This document shows positions 61,301 through 64,000 of a stretch of DNA of 64,000 nucleotides, one piece after another. Each line of letters begins with the position of its first letter. Position 1 is the first letter of the stretch. The DNA comes from Antedon mediterranea. Lineage: Eukaryota; Animalia; Echinodermata. Where the stretch lies: the NCBI RefSeq assembly GCF_964355755.1, contig NC_092672.1, positions 23,449,237 through 23,513,236 on the forward strand, in the 5' to 3' direction. The notes under the pieces are model-generated. The model did not search any database. It was not told where the DNA came from and worked only from the letters and a program-made list of their open reading frames with translations. A program made the translations under genes and the position numbers.

Positions 61301-63084
61301 TGAAGATAAAGTGAAGTCAAGATTTTAATAGTGATGTCCCAACATATAAATTTTCCTAAAAATCAATAGTATACTAGCGAATCATTGTTTACCTTTTGAT
61401 CACTATGGTAACGATGAATCATATGAACATCAAAATGTCCAGTTTCTTTGAAAGGATTTAAAGTAACAAGGGTGTTGCCAGTCTGAGTGTGGTATCTACC
61501 AGCTAAGTAGCGCTCACGTAAACAGTTCAGCACTATGAACAGAAAAACTTAGGTTAAGTAACAAGTGTGTTGCCAGTTTGAGTGTGGTATCTACCAGCTA
61601 AGTACCGCTCATGTAAACAGTTCAGCACTATGAACAGAAAACATTAGAAGTAACAAGTGTGTTGCCAGTCTGAGTGTGGTATCTACCAGCTAAGTACCGC
61701 TCATGTAAACAGTTCAGCACTATGAACAGAAAACATTTTGTTAAGTAACAAGTGTGTTGCCAGTCTGAGTGTGGTATCTACCAGCTAAGTACCGCTCATG
61801 TAAACAGTTCAGCACTATGAACAGAAAACATTTTGTTAAGTAACAAGTGTGTTGCCAGTCTGAGTGTGGTATCTACCAGCTAAGTACCGCTCACATAAAC
61901 AGTTCAGCACTATGAACAGAAAACATTAGAAGTAACAAGTGTGTTGCCAGTCTAAGTGTGGTATCTACCAGCTAAGTACTGCTCAAGTGTGTTGCCAATA
62001 TTTTGTCAAATTTTCTTCAAATTATTCGCTGTTCTACTCTAAAAATGTATTACTGAACTATAAAATTTATTTTAAAGTGAGTATTTAATTTGGAAAAATT
62101 TGAAGGAAAATGTTGGATTCATCCAAATTGTGGTCTTTGATCTCTAATTAGAGGGCGGCAACAGCTAATGGTAGAAAATAGGTGATCATCTGGCTTTAAA
62201 TTAGATTGAGCTTTTAATTAAAGGAGTCTTTAATAGAAGGAAGACCTGTATAGTACTAACAACCATTGAAACATGTGTCTACTATTAATTCACTTACCAG
62301 CAGGTTCTGAGAGAGGATTAAGCAAAACAAGATCATCTGTATTGATCCAATCTGTTTGAGTACACAGCACTGGATAGCCAGCATGACCACGTATCACAAC
62401 CTCCTAGACAATGAAGTTACAAGCAATATTTAAAATACATTATATAGAATACTTAGTAGCAAGGTTGGGTTGTTGACATAGATGGTATGCTTCCCTCCCC
62501 TCCTTACCTCACAATTATATTTTGTGTCTATAATCTTGCCATCACTAAAACATGAATCAACACACGCTGGAACCCAAACCTCTTACCTGGCCATTAGATT
62601 TAGTGACTATAATCTTGCCATCACTAAAACATGAATCAACACATGCTGGAACCCAAACCTCTTACCTGGCCATTAGATTTAGTGACTATAATCTTGCCAT
62701 CACTAAAACATGAATTAACACATGCTGGAACCCAAACCTCTTACCTGGCCATTCGATTTAGTGACTGTAATCTTGCCATCACTAAAACATGAATTAACAC
62801 ATGCTCGAACCCAAACCTCTTACCTGGCCATTAGATTTAGTGACTATAATCTTGCCATCACTAAAACATGAATTAACACACGCTGGAACCCAAACCTCTT
62901 ACCTGGCCATTAGATTTAGTGACTGTAATCTTGCCATTACTAAAACATGAATTAACACACACTGGAACCCAAACCTCTTACCTGGCCATTAGATTTAGTG
63001 ACTGTAATCTTGCCATCACTAAAACATGAATTGATATGCTCGAACCCAAACCTCTTTTTCATCATGTATCCACACCATTAACCC
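45642..63084 (-). CDS. MYO19: Unconventional myosin, class XIX-like, multi-exon
   Basis: Exons 62982-63084 (frameshifted), 62298-62403, 61393-61532, 60813-60926, 60402-60460, 60192-60265, 59324-59393, 59057-59159, 58216-58413, 56994-57081, 55997-56183, 55322-55511, 54874-54984, 54127-54303, 53074-53166, 50276-50329, 49017-49195, 48013-48202, 47178-47304, 46716-46858, 45642-46361. All but the first sum to 3123 bp in one open frame. Motor motifs [26 protein letters not shown]19-like [22 protein letters not shown] and QLRACG; three IQ-like motifs. Confidence 0.88.
46008..46215 (-). repeat. Coding tandem repeat, 42 bp x5 ([14 protein letters not shown])
   Basis: Near-identical units inside the myosin terminal exon. 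Confidence 0.95.
46716..46858 (-). CDS. MYO19: MYO19-like exon: IQ motifs
   Basis: GFRGWKVR...AARVIQYAM. Confidence 0.82.
46783..47104. repeat. 110-bp x3 duplication of myosin acceptor plus exon start
   Basis: Units begin at about 46783, 46893 and 47003. Confidence 0.92.
47178..47304 (-). CDS. MYO19: MYO19-like exon: IQ motifs
   Basis: [10 protein letters not shown]...AAVVIIQA. Confidence 0.85.
48013..48202 (-). CDS. MYO19: MYO19-like exon: converter
   Basis: [11 protein letters not shown]...[12 protein letters not shown]. Confidence 0.9.
48421..48492 (-). pseudogene. Degenerate tRNA-like sequence (tRNA pseudogene or SINE-related)
   Basis: A-box TGGTCTAATGG, anticodon arm TCTGC-atatcaa-GCAGA, mutated B-box GGTTTGAATC, imperfect acceptor stem. 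Confidence 0.6.
48735..49057. repeat. About 130-bp x2.5 duplication of myosin exon end plus donor
   Basis: gctgacctggtagggaagc occurs at about 48752, 48883 and 49011. Confidence 0.9.
49017..49195 (-). CDS. MYO19: MYO19-like exon
   Basis: [22 protein letters not shown]...[21 protein letters not shown]. Confidence 0.92.
49541..50116. mobile_element. MITE with 15-bp TIR
   Basis: GGTCATGAGGTAATT / AATTACCTCATGACC; flanks CATAAAA and CATAAAG. Confidence 0.65.
50276..50329 (-). CDS. MYO19: MYO19-like exon: loop 2
   Basis: ttcag|[18 protein letters not shown]|gtacag. Confidence 0.85.
50340..52465 (+). mobile_element. Non-autonomous Helitron copy D (both termini intact)
   Basis: A|TC...CTAG|T with no TSD; 3' hairpin CTAGATGGTACGC-gagcgaagcga-GCGTGCCATCTAG. 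Confidence 0.88.
51518..52339. mobile_element. TIR element (Mutator/Merlin-like) nested in Helitron D
   Basis: TIR containing GCCGCCGACAAGTTGAGCCGCC; TSD TTATAGTC; absent from Helitron copy B. Confidence 0.8.
52579..53046. repeat. Minisatellite, 22-bp unit x about 20
   Basis: cagtgttagtatggtgttacta repeated in tandem. Confidence 0.95.
53074..53166 (-). CDS. MYO19: MYO19-like exon
   Basis: [22 protein letters not shown]. Confidence 0.82.
54127..54303 (-). CDS. MYO19: MYO19-like exon
   Basis: QCKLNR...[24 protein letters not shown]. Confidence 0.88.
54421..54524. repeat. Short inverted-repeat element
   Basis: TGTACTTTTGCACCT / AGGTGCAAAAGTACA. Confidence 0.5.
54874..54984 (-). CDS. MYO19: MYO19-like exon
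   Basis: [22 protein letters not shown]. Confidence 0.88.
55322..55511 (-). CDS. MYO19: MYO19-like exon: switch II/relay
   Basis: FDWLV...[33 protein letters not shown]. Confidence 0.93.
55997..56183 (-). CDS. MYO19: MYO19-like exon
   Basis: AAQLLGLD...[24 protein letters not shown]. Confidence 0.9.
56590..56935. repeat. Minisatellite, 49-bp unit x7
   Basis: cttaaaggt(c/t)gcaactactttaagctaaactataaatactgtatgcaat. Confidence 0.95.
56994..57081 (-). CDS. MYO19: MYO19-like exon
   Basis: [13 protein letters not shown]. Confidence 0.88.
57279..58140. repeat. Minisatellite, 77-bp unit x11
   Basis: gttcactgatgtttactgtccacatgtgctggattagttc... repeated in tandem. Confidence 0.95.
58216..58413 (-). 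CDS. MYO19: MYO19-like exon
   Basis: MLFGANKRE...[20 protein letters not shown]. Confidence 0.85.
59057..59159 (-). CDS. MYO19: MYO19-like exon
   Basis: [29 protein letters not shown]. Confidence 0.9.
59324..59393 (-). CDS. MYO19: MYO19-like exon: switch I
   Basis: [23 protein letters not shown]. Confidence 0.92.
60192..60265 (-). CDS. MYO19: MYO19-like exon
   Basis: [15 protein letters not shown]. Confidence 0.88.
60402..60460 (-). CDS. MYO19: MYO19-like exon
   Basis: [19 protein letters not shown]. Confidence 0.8.
60813..60926 (-). CDS. MYO19: MYO19-like exon: P-loop
   Basis: PPHVFGIAE...[14 protein letters not shown]. Confidence 0.92.
60949..61230. mobile_element. Kolobok-like MITE, degenerate inverted copy of 26592-26921
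   Basis: Shared agatgta...cccaaaaaacatgaaaa and tttggtcaaagtg.ataacta...aaaatagcatattca blocks. Confidence 0.55.
61393..61532 (-). CDS. MYO19: MYO19-like exon
   Basis: [29 protein letters not shown]. Confidence 0.85.
61461..61998. repeat. 92-95-bp x about 5.6 duplication of myosin acceptor plus exon start
   Basis: Units begin at 61461, 61556, 61648, 61743, 61838 and 61930. Confidence 0.93.
62298..62403 (-). CDS. MYO19: MYO19-like exon: motor start
   Basis: [35 protein letters not shown]. Confidence 0.8.
62527..63054. repeat. 79-bp x about 6.7 duplication of myosin exon end plus donor
   Basis: Units begin at 62581, 62660, 62739, 62818, 62897 and 62976; each carries CAG|GTAAG on the minus strand. 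Confidence 0.93.
62982..63084 (-). CDS. MYO19: MYO19-like 5' exon (myosin N-terminal SH3-like), apparent 2-bp deletion
   Basis: tttcag|[16 protein letters not shown], then the frame shifts to [18 protein letters not shown]|gtaag. Confidence 0.6.
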
Positions 63085-63429
63085 CTGAAAGTACAGTAAA
63101 CAGTTCATTATTCAATTCAATCAACTTTAATTATCCACAATCTGATTCTTTTGGTTGTGGCAGACTCACAAATGTAAATAAACATTTAAAACAAATGTTT
63201 AAAATACACATGTATACAAATTATTGCTAAAGAGTAATTTTTGTAAAGTCTAACACTAACAGCTTTCAGAATAAATTATTTTCTGTAGCGCTCAGTACAT
63301 GTCTTTCTGAAGAATTCATTTGGAGCATTGAGGATTAATTAATATGTATTGAAAAGAGGATGTGTTTCATTTTGAAGGATCTAATAGTAATTATTCTGTA
63401 TATAATTCTTTATGTTAAAACCATTCATG

Positions 63430-63643
63430 AATACGTACATGTGCGATGTTTCAACTTGTTTTTAACAAGTCAGGCAATGACTATTTGTAATAGTCTGTGA
63501 TTTTCCGAAGTTCTTTGCCTTTTTAGGGGGCGCTAATCTACAACTAGCAAAGCTACAGTACTCCTAGCAACTACTAACATCTAGTCAGTTGCCAGATGAA
63601 GACTTATTAAAAACAAGTTGAAACGTTGCACAATGTACGTATT
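63430..63643. mobile_element. MITE-like element with about 40-bp imperfect inverted repeats
   Basis: aatacgtacatgtgcgatgtttcaacttgtttttaa / ttaaaaacaagttgaaacgttgcacaatgtacgtatt. Confidence 0.55.
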
Positions 63644-64000
63644 ATTTTTAAACAATCTACTGACTTAAAGAAGGGCTAGACAGATGGAATTAGTAAATTA
63701 ACCAGCCAATGTGTGGGCAACCATTTCATTCCATGTTTTAATACCCTAATGAATAACTGTGACAAGTGTCAGAATGTTCACTTCAGGTCTACTAAAAGTA
63801 GGCCTACTATGCATGACAGAGAGAATATCAACAGCATTTTCCTTTACCTTTTTAAAACGACATGCTGGTTTCTTTTTAACTTGGGATGGAAAGCATCTAG
63901 GCCTAGATTTAGTAATAATCTGAAAAAAATAGCGAAATTCAAAATTTTTACAAACAAATTTTTATGAACATATAACCACTTGTGACCTACAGTAGCCTAG

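Overview
AT-rich, intron-rich eukaryotic DNA, probably from a marine invertebrate (taxon is inference only). Two convergent multi-exon genes were reconstructed by hand from GT-AG splice sites and reading-phase continuity. (1) + strand, 10196-41598: a kinase-less ROCO-family gene of at least 20 exons and about 993 aa. Its architecture is ankyrin repeats - Roc GTPase - COR - Ser/Thr/Ala linker micro-exons - putative tandem death-effector domains; the start exon was not found. (2) - strand, 63084-45642: an unconventional myosin most like MYO19, about 21 exons. At four exons of the myosin the exon/intron junction has been tandemly amplified into the neighbouring intron, creating decoy splice sites, and a fifth exon has a partial internal copy. 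Its 5'-most exon carries an apparent 2-bp frameshift, a Helitron sits 10 nt from one acceptor, and the tail is atypical. Introns hold four copies of a non-autonomous Helitron family, a 5'-truncated Rex1/Babar LINE, CR1/L2 fragments, TIR elements with clear target-site duplications (some nested), a hAT transposase relic, a tRNA-like relic and many minisatellites. No CRISPR, rRNA or prokaryotic features were seen.
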